The notes: generated from the sequence alone by a model not told the origin. Counted from the first letter of the stretch, positions 13,955-28,215 are shown. The stretch is DNA of 64,000 nucleotides from Octopus vulgaris (GCA_951406725.2 OX597827.1:74586001-74650000), one strand, 5' to 3'. A program made the numbers and translations.

Positions 13955-16060
13955 AGATGTCGTCCCGAAATTAAGGTAACCGAAATTTCGGGCTTTAATA
14001 AATATCAGTAGATGTAATAAGATATGAAAATTATATATTATAAAAGCTTAGTGTATCTTCTTTTCTCTTCAGACTAAATATATTCACATCTATAAACTAG
14101 GTAATGTCTGTAGACCAAAATACAAACATAACCCTCCGCAAAAGGGACGAAACTAATACATCTATAGCAAAAGGGCTTAAAATTAACCGAGGAACACTTT
14201 GGAAAATTGTGAAGAAATTTCAAGAGACTCAACAGGCGTATCGATTGAGGACCTTTATCAACAGAGTCAATTATTTGCCGAGGCTTTTTCAACTATTTTC
14301 AAACAAGATGATGGTCGTGAACCCCCTCCATTTGATAGATCGGTACCTCCAATGCTTCGATTGATCATCACGCGGGACCAAGTCAAACGTGTTATTCAAG
14401 GCCTCGATGTCAACAAGGGTCACGGCCCTGACGGCATACACCCACGGGTTATCAAAGCGTTGGCTCCGGTCATCTGCGAGCCCTTAACACGACTATTCAA
14501 TATGTCATTGGCGACGGGTGTTATACCTGCAGACTGGAGAACAGCGATAATCTGCCCAATTTTCAAGAAAGGGAGCCGCGAAGACCCGCTTAACTACCGA
14601 CCGGTTTCCCTTACATCAATAATCAGCAAGATGTTCGAAACCATCCTTAAGAAACGTATGATGCTCCACCTCCTAAGCACAGCCTCGATCACTGATTCCC
14701 AACACGGCTTCGTGCAGAAGAGATCATGCTTGACCAACTTACTAGTAATGGAAGAATTGGTGACGCGCATCCTCGATGATAGTGATGCTGTTGACATCGT
14801 TTTATTGGACTTTGCCAAAGCTTTTGACTCGGTAAACCACCGCCTACTACTTGTCAAGCTTCAAGCATATAGTTTCCATCCGGATATTGTACGATGGGTT
14901 GGTGCCTTCCTCTCAGATCGCTCCTTCCAAGTTCAAGTTAATGGTTCGCGGTCCGACGTCTCCAGTGCGAGCAGTGGGTCCTCAAGGTTCAGTGCTTGGG
15001 CCCTTGTTGTTCTTAGTCTTCATAAATGACTTGCCCGACGACCTCACGCAACACACCCTTCTATTTTCCGACGATATCAAACTGGTCGCTCCTCGCGGTA
15101 GTATAGAGGATCTTCGTCGATGCCTCCACCAAATTTGGAAGTGGTCTAACGATTGGGACCTGTGTCTGAACGTGTCAATGTGCTGTCATCTGCCTGTTGG
15201 CTCTACTCCTACAACTCAACTTGATTTCGAGCCGGGTCGTCTGCTGCTGGAGAGGACCGATCAGGTAAAGGACCTGGGTATCTTGGTGGATTCCTCCTTT
15301 TCGCCTTCGGCCCAGTGCGTCCATGCTGCCAACAAAGCGCGCGGAATTCTGTTTTTGATTCGACGGTCATTCGGAGTGCTCACAGCAGCCATATTCCTGC
15401 CACTCTATGTCACGCTGGTGAGACCCATATTGGAGTATGTGATTCAAGCCTCTTCTCCTTATCTCCTCAAAGACATACAGCATCTCGAAAGAGTCCAGAG
15501 GCTGGCTACCCGCCTGGTTCATGGTCTCAAAAATTTGTCCTACGGAGAAAGGCTGAGGACGCTCGACCTTTATTCTCTTGAAAAACGCCGCCGCCGTGGT
15601 GATCTCATTCTCGCCCACAACATCATAAGCGGGAAGTGTAACCTCTCGAAAGAGCTGTTCTTCACTCCTGCTCCGGAGCGTCGGCTGCGGGGTCATTCCG
15701 AAAAGCTCTACCTGCGACGATTTCATCTCGATCGAAGGAGAGGAGCTTTCTCCGTCCGGGTTGCGGATCCGTGGAACAAGCTGCCAGATGAGATGGTGAA
15801 GATGCCGACGACCGCTTTGTTCAAAGCCTCCCTGGACCTCAAGTGGCCTGAACTCTTTACATGAACACCACCCTGTACTTAACTCCATGTCCCTCTACAT
15901 GGCCTTGCTATTTGCTTTTGAGCCAAATTAACTAACTAACTAACTAAAGGAATCCAACGTTAAACTAGCATCTGCTTGGCAACAGAAATAATACAAAATC
16001 ACTTGGAAAAAATAAAAGGTAAACCCTTGCAGTAAGTTAAGTCAGATTAACAAACAAAAC
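13955..16060 (+). mobile_element. Decayed Tc1/mariner-superfamily element interrupted by a LINE
   Basis: HTH-like N-terminus IAKGLKINRGTLWKIVKKFQET (14104-14229) is cut by the LINE; a degraded continuation is plausible after 15947. Confidence 0.5.
14228..15946 (+). mobile_element. CR1-group LINE, 5'-truncated, with (TAAC)n tail
   Basis: RT motifs (KGHGPDGIHP, NYRPVSLTS, QHGF, LDFAKAFD, PQGSVLGP, FSDD); near-identical to 36993-38715(-); tail taactaactaactaa. Confidence 0.95.
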
Positions 16061-16102
16061 TGTTCATACCTATCTAACAACGGCAAATGTCAAGTCCTTG
16101 AG

Positions 16103-16145
<43 letters not shown>

Positions 16146-16357
16146 ATAGAAATATATTGATAGAAATATCGGAAGCCATCAGAGTTACTACTATCTCCAT
16201 TTGACAATTGGTGAAAGGGGTGTCACTCAATGTAACTTATATGGAAAGCACAATACTTTAGAAACACTTAGAGCGCTCACTTACCCAGATATTCAAGTCT
16301 AGTAGTATATAGTAGTATAATCTTTCAATAGTTTTACCACTATTATGTGCCTGCATA

Positions 16358-16777
16358 AGGGCGGCGAGCACACAAGGCAAAATGCTTAGCGGCATTTCCC
16401 CCGTCATTACCATTCTAAGTTCAAATTCCGCCCAAAGTTGAGTTTGCGTTTATCTTTTCGTGGTCAATAAAACAAGTACCAGTTGAGAATTATGGTAGAA
16501 GTAATCGATTTAACCCTCCTCACCCGAACTTGGTGGCCTTGTGCCAAAGTTTGAAATAAATATTCTTTTATACTCTAGGCACAAGGACCGAAATTTGAGG
16601 TGAGAAGGCCAGGTCGATTAGATTGACCCCAATACGCAATAGGCACATAATTTATAGATCCCGAAAGGAGGAAAAGCAAAGTCAATCTGTGTGGAATTTG
16701 AACTCAGAAAGTAAAGACACGAAATACTGCTAAGCATTTCGCCCGGCGTGTAAGGGTTTCTGCCAGCCTACCGCCTT
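16358..16777. mobile_element. Inverted pair of tRNA-SINEs (16358-16555 +, 16570-16777 -)
   Basis: Same SINE family in tail-to-tail orientation. Confidence 0.75.
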
Positions 16778-17112
16778 AGCTTCAAATAAATATCATTTCC
16801 AGTCTCATCACTGATTGATCTGTTTAAATGTGTAGGCGTTCCAGTGTACAGCCAGTTTAGCGATTTAAAGGACACACGGCAACTGTTCAATTCACTCTCC
16901 ATGTATAATGTATACGTACAAACGATCGAGCGCGTGTGTGTACATTATGTGTGTGTGTGTGTATATGTGTGTGTGTACAACTTTAATATAGATAGATTGA
17001 TTGATAGATTAAACAGATAGTCTATCCATTACTGAGTCAGAATATACCTATCCTCAAAATGCGGTGCTTAACTTTGACTCGCTAAGTATTCGCTACTACC
17101 GTATGTATACAT

Positions 17113-17190
<78 letters not shown>

Positions 17191-17200
<10 letters not shown>

Positions 17201-17698
17201 CTCTAGTTGTGTGAGTGTCTGTCCCCTTCGATTTAGATTCCTAACTCCTCCCACATTTTGCGGTGCAGTTTAACCTAAACCGGGTATCTTATAGTCGTGA
17301 TTCATATCGAGCCCGTCTGAGTATTAGCGCGCGTCTACGATGAGTCTACGATTTAAAAGATAATTTAACATCATTTTTCATTCCATTTTAATGCATAATT
17401 TTTCGTGTGTCGATGGCGGCGGAGTTGGCGTCCATGGTCACACCTGCACCTGTTTGCTTCTCCCCCTTCTTCCCTCCATCGTGAAGCTGTGGGGAAGGGA
17501 GTTTAAGGAAATCAACGTCGTAATGCGTTGTCAAGGAGACCAGCGTTCTTTTAGAACAACGACTTCATGGCTTGAAGACACCAAAACAGAAATGGCTAAG
17601 AAAGCCCGAATTGGCATCTATAAGGGAAGTAACTCTCTAAAAATGCTTATATAGTTATTTCCCTTACAAACCCGAGCAACGCCGGGCGATACTGCTAG
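17191..17698 (+). mobile_element. Non-autonomous Helitron-like element in (TA)n
   Basis: 3' subterminal GC-rich hairpin CCCGAGC-AAC-GCCGGG (17671-17686), then CTAG (17695-17698) followed by T; no ORF. Confidence 0.55.
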
Positions 17699-17703
17699 TA
17701 TAT

Positions 17704-17774
<71 letters not shown>

Positions 17775-17776
<2 letters not shown>

Positions 17777-18555
17777 ACATTACTCGGTAGTCATATATGA
17801 AGACCATCATATATGAAGCTACCGTAAACTCTATAACCACTAAAGACACCGTTTCGACGAAGAAATACGTGGGCCTGACAGAGGGTAATTTCAAGGCCAG
17901 GTTCAATAACCACACTTTGAGCTTTAGGCACTGGAACAAAAGAAAAGCGACACAACTATCCAATCATATTTGGTCTTTAAGAGATAAAGGTGTCGATTAT
18001 AACATACAATGGAAGATTTTGGCCAGATGTAAGCCCTATACTAACGGTAGCGGAAGGTGCGGTTTATGCGACATGGAGAGATGGCTTATCTGGAAAAGCA
18101 GCTTAGACCCTACCACATGTCTAAATACAAGGACAGAGCTTTTCGGATCATGCCCACATGTGACTAAATTTTTGTTACGTTTTTGGTCCCCTAAAGAAAA
18201 CGGATAGAACATGCTTTCTGTGTTATGTCCCAAGAAGATTTTATATATTTTTTATATATTTTTATGTATTTTTATATAATTTTTATGACGAAAAATGCGA
18301 GCGATGTATAAGTACGCAGGCAAAGCAGAGTTATAACAGAGTAATTTCCCTTCATTTTTAACGGTATTTTTTCATAACGTTTTCAAAGAGCCAGATAACC
18401 GAAGAGATGGTGTTGTGGATTTCCACTTCGGCATCTGAAACTCAGAGTTTTATCTTGACTACCGAGTAATGTAACATATTGTATAGATAAATTTCCTCTA
18501 TTTACATAATATTGAGGTCTCTTTCTTTCTTTTGTTATCTTACCGTTTTATCAAT
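17775..18555 (+). mobile_element. Penelope-like element 3' fragment (GIY-YIG endonuclease plus 3' UTR)
   Basis: ORF 17797..18207: IIY..KYVGLTEGNFKARFNNH..SF, CGLC..E, LNTRTE..CPH; flanked by (TA)n. Confidence 0.85.
18393..18455 (+). ncRNA. Hammerhead-ribozyme-like motif (type I, U4C core)
   Basis: AGATAA-CCGAAGA-GATG..CATC-T-GAAA-CTC-A-GAG-TT-TTATCT; 6-bp stem I. Confidence 0.55.
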
Positions 18556-19664
18556 ATATATATATATATATATTTCTCAATGTGCTCACTAAAAGGTATC
18601 ATTCTGTATTCTGGGAATGCAATCTGTTGTCGATGCAGTGTGCATCTTTTTAAGTGATTTAGGTTGTTTGTAGCTTTTAATGATTTGGTGTATGTTTAGA
18701 ATTTCCTTTAATTTGGGGTCCTTATGAAGTATTGGTAAATTCTGGGTGATGATGGTGAAGGCTTCTTTGTTTCTAGGGTTGTATGTAGATATGTAAGCTA
18801 GTATTTTCGGGGTAGGTGTGTTGTTGTGTTGAACTTTTCCTAAAGTTTCTATGTTGATTTCTGTTGCACGTCTGATCCCATCCTCTATGAGTTGAGCTGG
18901 GTAATGTCTATCAATTAGGGTGTTTTTGAGTTCTTGCAGTCTAAAGTTCCTGGTATTTTGTTCTGACACTATTGTGCATAAGGACCCCAAATTAAAGGAA
19001 ATTCTAAACATACACCAAATCATTAAAAGCTACAAACAACCTAAATCACTTAAAAAGATTCTCACAAAGGCAAAATTGTCTTCTGAAATTACGGATGCAA
19101 AAGTAAAAAAATGTGGTAGATCGAACTGTGCAACATGTCCAAACCTGCTAGAAGGATCAGAATTCCTCTTTAAAGAGGGACAGATATTCAAGATCAAATC
19201 TAACTTTACTTGTGCCTCTGAAAACATAATTTATGTCATAAAATGCTCGGGCTGCCACCAAGACTACGTGGGATCCACGGGACTATCACTTAGACGTAGA
19301 TGCACACTGCATCGACAACAGATTGCATTCCCAGAATACAGAATGATACCTTTTAGTGAGCGCATTGAGAAATGCGCAAAGCAACTACTACCACAATTTT
19401 TAATCTTTCCATTTTACCAATGTGCTATCGGATCATCAACACAAATTAGACTAAACAAGGAAACATTCTTCATTGAAAAGTACAAGCCCAGACTTAACCA
19501 TCCCAACATACTGATACAGAGAAATTCACACCAAGGGAAAGGAAAAAAAATTTAAGCGATTATCTCCCTTACACCGGAAGAAATCACTCATTACCTCCCC
19601 TTATTTAGAACTCTTTTGAACATAAACATACCGATAACTCTATTCAACATAAACATAACGTCGC

Positions 19665-19703
19665 AAGAAATTTGAAAAGCTAAACGCGAAACCGGTCTTT
19701 CTT
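19665..19703 (+). ncRNA. Minimal hammerhead-like motif with U3-A8 core
   Basis: AAGAAA-T-TTGAAAA-GC-TAAAC-GC-GAAA-CCGG-TC-TTTCTT; core conserved in the copy at 27785-27823(-). Confidence 0.55.
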
Positions 19704-20687
19704 CTAAACTATGCCATTATAAGAGAAAAAATTTTTTTAATATTCTTCAGACATATTGACGCAAATATATATTTTTTAACATTTAAGCCTTCTGTAGTTT
19801 TTTCACTTTTTACTATTTTCTATATATTCAACCACGTGCTTTCACAAACCAACTTTCTTATCTATATATTAAACACGTGAGACCGAAAATGCTACAGAAG
19901 ACCAACACCTCGGATAAAAATACAAATGAGGACATACTCAAAGAACTGAAAAGTATTAATACACAGCTCATTACCCCGAACAACAAAATCGAGGAATCAA
20001 ACCTACTCTCCCGGGAAAGTAAAAGCAATGAAGATACAACTCGCTACACTGACCAGGTTAGTAAGGATTTGCAACTGTTATACACAACACTAAATTCAAT
20101 TTTCATCAACAAATCCGAAAATAATAAACACACACCAAATGAAACACAGCAGGACATCATACGCACCCAAATTAACCCAGCAAAAAGAAAAATAGGAAAC
20201 ATTTGGAATACAAACCTGCACAACAGAAAACTCGCCTTCTAGAACATGATAACAAATTCCAACAAAGCAGATATATACGAGGGATGGATGAACTCAACAC
20301 CAATTATCCTCCCACGCAAATTCCAGATAAAATTAATTCCTAACGAGCCTGACGGACAGAGAACTATTAGGGAAAAGTCAGCTCTGTTCAATTTAAGATC
20401 AGAAATAGAGCTTCTAAGACTAAGGGCCTCCACAAATGAGGAAAAATTTAAAAGCATCGACGAGGAGATGCACAATATAATACAGAAACATACCGAGGGA
20501 CAACCCCTCGAAAATACATTAGATCATTGGAAGGATACCTGTGAAAAAGAAGAGAGAAATTCTCTCCTACGCTGGGAGAAAAACATGGATTTCTTCCAAA
20601 AATATAGTTCAACTTTCAAAAATGAATTGGGTACAAATAATCCCTTCCTTAAGAAAATTACAAAACATAAAAAAGAAAAACCAAACA

Positions 20688-23543
20688 ACAGGAAAGGAAA
20701 GAAAGGAGTCATGGAGGTGTTGCTATGTACATCCGGGAGGACCTCACACCCCAGGTCCTCTTGTCATACTCAAACTCGGTGTGTGACACACTAATTGTAC
20801 ATATCAGGCAACTTGATGTAGTTGTGTGTGCTACATATCGCCCTCCAGATGCCCCAAGCCATGTGGGCAAGTTTGAAGACTGCTTTATAAAAATAGAAGA
20901 AATTCTAACCACATTAGAACAACACATAGGTGTGCTTCTTATGGGAGACTTCAATCTGCCCAATGTCAGATGGCCCGAGGGCCTTTCTCTCCCAGGAATG
21001 ACAAGATGTGAACGAGGACAGGCGAGGTCCCTCCTGAACCTCATCAACACCCTGTACATGGAGCAGGTAATACTCCAACCAACCAGGGCAGGTAACACAC
21101 TGGATTTCTGCTTCACAAATGACATGGATCTCATCCATAATGTGAAAGTGACACCGACACTACTCTCGGATCACAACATGATAGAGCTGACCATGTACGG
21201 GCCAAAAGAGAGCACGGACATGCAGCCTACAAGAAACCCTCAAAATCTTTCCAGCTTGAACTACCATAAGGCAAACTGGAAACAAATTGAGAAAGAGATC
21301 CTCAAACAAAACTGGCCTAAATGTCTCTCCTCGCCAGACATCGACGTGAAACTTCAACAATTCATGTCTGTAATGCAAGCCATATGCTACAAATGTGTCC
21401 CAGAGAGAAAGGCCACTGTACACAAGAACAAAATCCCCAGAGAGAGGAAAATTTTAATGAGACGGCGTACGAAATTTTCAAATCGCCTAAACAAACAGAT
21501 TGAAAGCAGTGAAAAGTCCCGCCTAAAAATAAAACTGTTGGAAATCGAAAAATGTCTGCAACTCTCCCATGAAAAAGAAAGAGCAGACAAAGAAGCCTGG
21601 GCTATAGAAAACATAAAATCTAACCCCAGAGCTTTCTACAGGTATGCCAAAGAAACAGCTACAGTGCACTGTAGAATAGGGCCACTCCTCGAAAAGGATG
21701 GCACACTTACAGGAAAACCAATGAGGGTAAGTGAAATACTGAATGAGCAATTCAAGAGTGTTTTCACTCCACCCCTTGGGCATCTCCAAATCACCAATCC
21801 AACTGACTTTTTTACCACTGCAGATATAAAATCAGAGGCGGCGACGATAGATTACATCGATATAAAGGAAGACGATGTAACCAAGGCTATAGATGAAATG
21901 AAAACAGACTCAGCTACTGGCCCCGATGGATTCCCGGCAATCCTCCTAAAAGCATGTAAGAGAGCCCTAGCAAGACCACTGCAGTTCCTCTTTCAGAGCT
22001 TCCTTGCAGCTGGCAAACTTCCAGGAAAACTGAAGGAAGGTAAAATATGCCCCATTCATAAAGGAGGTAGCAGAGCGGAAGCCAAGAACTATAGACCTAT
22101 CTCTCTGACCTCACACATCAGCAAGGTCATGGAACGAATAGTCAGAAGGAAGCTGATCACCTTCCTTGAAGAGAATGACTTGCTGCCCGACACCCAACAT
22201 GGTTTCCGACCAGGGAGAAGCTGTTTAACTCAGCTCCTACAACACTATGACTGGGTGCTGAAACGGCTGCTCAACCACTCAAATGTGGAAGTGATATATC
22301 TCGACTTTGCAAAGGCCTTTGATAAAGTCGATCATGGAATGATATGTCACAAACTGCGTGATCTCAACATAGTTGGAAAACTGGGAGAATGGCTTCATGA
22401 CTTTCTGAAGGATAGAAGTCAGGTGGTAGTAGCCAATGGGGCCACCTCCATTAACACACAAATAGTGAGCGGTGTTCCGCAGGGCACTGTTCTGGGACCA
22501 CTACTGTTCATAATGGCCCTCTCAGACATGCCCTCAGCCACGCAGAGAGCCACGATCACAAGTTATGCAGATGATACAAAAGTTTCACAGGCAATACAGA
22601 ACCCTGAGGACACTAAACACCTGCAATGTGAGCTGGACGAAATATACAAGTGGGCTGAAAAGAATAGCATGCAGTTCAATGCTGGAAAGTTTCAAGCTTT
22701 ATACTATCAGCATGCAAAACTGAATGCAATACCCAATGAATACACTGGACCCGGAGGGATTGCAATCCCAGAGGCACAATCAGTGCGTGACCTGGGTATT
22801 CACATGAGTGATGACGCGACCTTTCATGTACATGTTGCTAAACTGACAATGAAATGTAGACGGCTGGCTGGATGGATTCTTAGAACCTTTAGAACAAGAG
22901 AACAAGAAACCATGATGGTCCTCTGGAAGACACTTGTCCTAAGCCACTTTGACTATTGCTCTCAGCTATGGTCACCATCCAGTGTCAAGTTGATCACATA
23001 ACTTGAGGCGATCCAACGAAGCTACACGAAGAAGATAGCCTCTATGCAGAATGTAAGCTACTGGGAAAGACTCAAGAGATTAAAATTATATTCCCTGGAG
23101 CGTAGGCGGGAAAGATATGCCATAATATACATCTGGAAGATCCTGGAGGGAAGTGTTCTGAACTTTGGCATCGAGAGTTACGCAAATGCCAGAACTGGGC
23201 GCCACTGCGTGGTGCCTAGGACTCCAAACCTGCCATCAAGATGTAGGACAAGATTCTGTGATAGCCTGGGCTTCCGAGGCCCACAGCTCTTCAATATCCT
23301 CCCGAAGAACCTGAGAAACCTGCATGGGGTGGATACAGATGTCTTTAAAATGAAGCTGGATCTCTTCCTGTCAGGTGTCCCAGATGAACCAACTTCACGA
23401 CAGGAGGGGCAGATGAGGGCAGCTGCATCGAACTCTCTCATGCACCAAATAGCAGTTGCTAGAAAGCCTCCATGAAGTGATACCAAGTAGCAACACCAAA
23501 TGGCGGTGCCCCAGCATGGCCACAGCTCATAAGCTGAAACTAG

Positions 23544-23580
<37 letters not shown>
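20688..23580 (+). mobile_element. CR1/L2-group LINE, 5'-truncated within the APE domain, with (ATCA)n tail
   Basis: ORF 20725..23001 (TYRPP, MGDFN, SDH, GPDG, NYRPISLTS, LDFAKAFD, PQGTVLGP, YADD). One premature stop, same frame to 23475; tail (AATC)n. Confidence 0.95.
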
Positions 23581-23581
<1 letters not shown>

Positions 23582-25149
23582 CCCACGAACAACCCCCAAC
23601 TATCCTCCACACACTAAAAACAGAAATCACCCACAACCAACCTTTGCAAACCACGCAAGACCTAACAGGGAACTAGCTGACAGACGACGCGTCTATGAAA
23701 TAAATTACACCAAAAACAGAACACACCAACAACATCCTAATACCAGACCCAACCACCATACAGCACAAAACGACACTAGAATAAGAAATACACCACACAC
23801 AAGTCGTTACTACCCCATGAACCAAAATTACTGGTCCCCACTGAACACAAGACAAACGCAAAAAAACACTATGTCAAGCAACATCCTACATACAAGCAGT
23901 TCGAAACAAAAATATTTCACATACAGAAATTTTACACACACCACAAACAAAAACAACCATAGATTCCCACACACACACAACGATCGGGGGCAACAATACC
24001 ACCATTCCCCCGACCCAATATCACACAACCTCACAGACAACTCATACAAACAAAATTACACCCAACATTTTTTAGCCAGGGACCAGAGACACCAGGACAC
24101 AGGCTGGAACCTAGTAATAAGGAAAAACCGAAGATAATCAATCTTTCAACCAAACCTCTTTCTAACATAAAAATTGACATCCTCTCAAAGGGGCTCAAAT
24201 TTACACCAACTCCACGCAGAGCCAACCTAAATGAAATCAAGGATAATATAACAGAATTTTGCAGAAAATTAAGACTAGCAGAAGCATCAACCAGTTTCAA
24301 TACTGAAGATGAATCACTAGTCAAGAACAAAAGTGAACACATCCCACACAGAGGAAGAAATAAAGATCTTGACGAATTCTGTAACCACATTGAGAACTTT
24401 CCCTACCATACTATACATAAACAGATAGTTAACTCAAATTTTAACACTACACAATGGAAAGAACTGATAGAACGTCAAAATGATGAGGATATAACCATTA
24501 AGGAAGTAGACAAGGGAAATGCAGTTGTAATAATGGATACATAATACTACAGAAATCTTGTAATTTCCTTGCTTGATGACGACCTACATTATGAAAAAAT
24601 TACCAACTACACCCCACAAAAAATAATGAAAACTCTATCTTCACTAATTAAAACCCATGAAAAGGAACTAACAACCAAAGAGATTGACTTTCTAACAAAC
24701 TTTAAATGCAAACCTAGCCTTTTCTATGGTCTGCCAAAAATTCATAAAAGTCGAATTATAAATGAAACCATTAAAAAATCACCAAAGACATACATACACA
24801 CACACCTAACCCGGGTGTAGTTTTTTCACTTTTTACTATTTTCTATATATATATATATATAAGAAGTGTGTGTGTGCTTGAAGTGAGTATGGGCTTCCAG
24901 AAATGTTAAGTGACCAATCAGTGTGTGGCTTCACTAAATTACCTGAGTTGATTGGTGCTTGATTTACGCTTCACAGTTTGTTGAACATGTCAAAAGACTT
25001 GTATTTTTACCTTGGCCAAAATAGTAATTGTTTCGTTATTTTTAGAAATGTTGTAAATTTTGACGGTGGTGATGGTGGTAGGAGTAGCTGTTGTAATAGA
25101 ACTTTAAACCCTAAATAAGATTATTTTTACTGACTTTTCTCTTGACTTA

Positions 25150-26760
25150 GCTAGTATTTTTTCCTGCTATCGTCATCATGAGAACCTTTAGTACTGTTGT
25201 TGTTGTTAGTGGTAGTGGTCCTAGCAGTAAAAATATTTAGCTTGGGTTGGAATTTATCAATAAAGTTCTTTTCTCTGGTTTTTCTCTCGATTTCATTTGT
25301 ACTGTGTAAATTGTGGAATGGAAATATTATTAAGATTTTCCGACCACATGTTGCTTGATGGTTACTCAAGGTATCTGACGGACATCGGGTCTCTCATTTG
25401 CTGTCGATGCACACGTGAACGTTCTGACGCCACTGCCAAACAATTCTGACACCTCTACCATCACCACCTTGCCCCGACTGCTACGAAAAAGCAACAACAA
25501 CAACGCCGCAGCAACAATAACAACCGCAGCTGCAGCAGCAACAACAACACTAAAGCTTCGACAGGAGTGAAAAATAAGCAGCACAGCTACAATATAAATG
25601 ATTTCCTTGACGACTGCTTCATAGTCTGGACAGACTCTCTAAATATTCTGGAAGAGGTCAATATCCTCCTGAACAACCTACACCCATCTCTCCAATCTAC
25701 AAAGGAGATGAGTAGTACCAAATTACCATTCCTAGATATAATGGTAATTAAAAAAGACACCGCCATCACCACAGATATATACTATAAACACACAGACACA
25801 CATCAATACTTGAATTTTAAGTCGTGCCATCCACCACATACAAAACGCAACATCCCATGCTGCCTAGCCAGAGGAATTTGTACCATTATAGAAGATGCAA
25901 ATATCAGGAACAAACGCCTAACAGAACTAAGAGAATTTTTACTCAAACAAAAATACCCATCTCTACTTATAGAAAATGGCATACAGCGGGCTATAAAAAT
26001 ACCCATACAACAACTTAGGACAACCCAAGGAAGAGGAAAACAAGAACAAGTCATACCATTCATAGTGACACACAACCCATGTCACCAGAATATCCTCAAC
26101 ATTGCCAAAGCAAACCTACCAATCATTGCTCAAAGTAATGAATTAAATGACATAATCACGGATCGAGCTATGGTTCTTAGTAAAAGACAGCCTAAAAACT
26201 TGAAAAAATTACTAACAAAGGCAAAATTTGACCTTAGCAACAAAGACCAAACATTCACTGTATCTAAATGCAATGATAGCCGATGTGGCACATGCCAATT
26301 CATACATACCGGCCAATATATAAACACAAAAACCGGGAAAATATTCACAAACGCGAATATGAACTGCAAAAGCAGAAATTTAATTTACTGCATCAAATGC
26401 CCAAATTGTGAAGAAATATATATAGGTCAGACGGGAAATGCACTATCAGAATGCTCACGTGTACACCGACAACAGATTAGAGACCCAGAGGTCCGTCAGA
26501 TACCTTTGAGTAACCACCTAGCAACATGTGGTCGGAAAATATATATAATATTTCCATTCTACAAATTACACAGCCCAAGTGAAATCGAGAGGAAGATCAG
26601 AGAAAAGAATTTCATTGATAAACAGCTGTATTTAAGGCACAGATTTAATCATCTCGCTGCAGTCAAAAATTGTGAAGCATGACTGTCACCACTCCTACAT
26701 GAACCTGAAGATTGCAGAATTTAATGCATGAAAGTACTAGTTCAATCAGAATGAACAGTT
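25150..26760 (+). mobile_element. Penelope-like element fragment (RT C-part, thumb, GIY-YIG) with an upstream inverted GIY-YIG piece
   Basis: ORF 25567..26682: FLDDCF, LPFLDI, TDIYYK, KCNDSRCGTC, NLIYCIKC..YIGQTG; 25230-25430 is an inverted related copy. Confidence 0.9.
26700..26744 (+). ncRNA. Minimal type-I hammerhead ribozyme candidate
   Basis: TGAAC-CTGAAGA-T-TGCA-GAATTTAA-TGCA-T-GAAA-GTAC-TA-GTTCA, palindromic stem III (AGTACT), 18 nt after the PLE stop codon. Confidence 0.65.
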
Positions 26761-27177
26761 AACATTCTATCATTTTATTTTATTTTATTATATTATATTA
26801 TCTTATATAATGTCATTATAAGATTGTAAATAAAACGTGAAAATCAGACAAGGTTGGAATCCCTTTTATTAATATATATATATGTGTGTATGTGTGTGTG
26901 TGTGTGTGAGTGTGTGTGTGTGTGTATGTGAGTGTGTTTGTGTGTGTGTGTGTATTTGTTGTGCAAGAGTTTTTTATGTGAAGTCGTGTGTTGAAACATA
27001 TATTGTTGTATGATGCGGTCACAGGGGTGTGACGACAGAACTCTGGCCGAAATAGGATTAAGGTTAATGCAAAAAATAAATAACACTGAAGGAAAGTAAC
27101 ACCAAATATATAGTGTTTGTGTTTTTATTGGCTAAACTGGCAAAATGACCATTCCTAAACACAACAATATATATATT

Positions 27178-27277
<100 letters not shown>

Positions 27278-27559
27278 ACATACATGATGCATAGTTTTCT
27301 CATAATTTTTACAAGTAATTTTATTGATTTAGTTATGTAAATTTATATGTATATTTATTTCGTTGTGTGCTTTAAATTATGCTTTGGAATTTGTGTTGAT
27401 TCCTTAGATACGCTCCTTCTATCATTTCTCTTATCCTTTGCTTTAACTCGCAATGAGCACTTCTTAATACAGCCCATATATAGTGAAGTATGCTTGAAAT
27501 CATACTTTATAAGAAAATTCAATTTTTTTATATGTATACATACACATATGCATTCACAC

Positions 27560-27610
<51 letters not shown>

Positions 27611-27614
27611 TAAG

Positions 27615-28215
27615 AAAGTTGGTTTGTGAAAGCACGTGGGTGAATATATAAAAAATAGTAAATAGTGAAAAGACGACAGAAGGCTTAAATGTTAAAAAAT
27701 ATATATATTTGCGTCAATATGTCTGAAGAATATTAGGAAATTTTTTAAACAAATTTTTTTTCCTTTATAATGACATAATTTTTAAAGAAAGACCGGTTTC
27801 GCATTTAGCTTTTCAAATTTCTTGTGACGTTATGTTTATGTTTAATAGAGTTATCCTTGTGTTTAAGCTCCGGAGAGTTCTAAATAAGGGAAGGTAGTGG
27901 GTGATTTCTTCCGGTGTAAGGGAGATAATCGCTTAAAATTTTTTTTCCTTTCCCTTAATGTGAATTTCTCTGTATCAGTATATTCGGATGGTTGAGTCTG
28001 GGCTTGTACTTTTCAATGAAGAATGTTTCCTTGTTTAGTCTAATTTGTGTTGATGATCCGAAAGCACATTGGTAAAATGGAAAGATTAAAAATTGTGGTA
28101 GTAGTTGCTTTGCGCATTGAGAAATTTCCTAATATTCTTCAGACATATTGACGCAAATATATATATTTTTTAACATTTAAGCCTTCTGTCGTTTTTTCAC
28201 TCTTTACTATTTTAT
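27615..28215 (-). mobile_element. Solo Penelope pseudo-LTR (copy of about 19370-19860) with an inverted terminal duplication
   Basis: 27615-28118 is the reverse complement of 19371-19860; 28122-28215 repeats about 19735-19825 in + orientation; in (TA)n. Confidence 0.85.

Larger units (their letters stand above)
18572..24850 (+). mobile_element. Penelope-like element (Neptune-like CxxxxCxxC linker) in partial tandem: inverted 5' piece, GIY-YIG/pseudo-LTR, then ORF N-terminus and RT, interrupted by a LINE
   Basis: GIY-YIG ORF (KCGRSNCATC, NIIYVIKC..DYVGST) at 18977-19555; N-terminal ORFs 19877-20690; RT N-part (NLSTKPLS..LSKGLKFTP, KEVDKGNAVV, FYGLPKIHK) at 24130-24800; 24817-24848 repeats 19794-19825. 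Confidence 0.85.

Noticed and set aside
15367-15888. Antisense ORFs conserved between two loci (also 37053..37544)
   Set aside because: Shadow ORFs of two near-identical LINE copies.
17797-18207. Possible selenocysteine-encoding (Naiad-type) PLE
   Set aside because: No in-frame UGA in the retained ORF fragment and no SECIS recognised.
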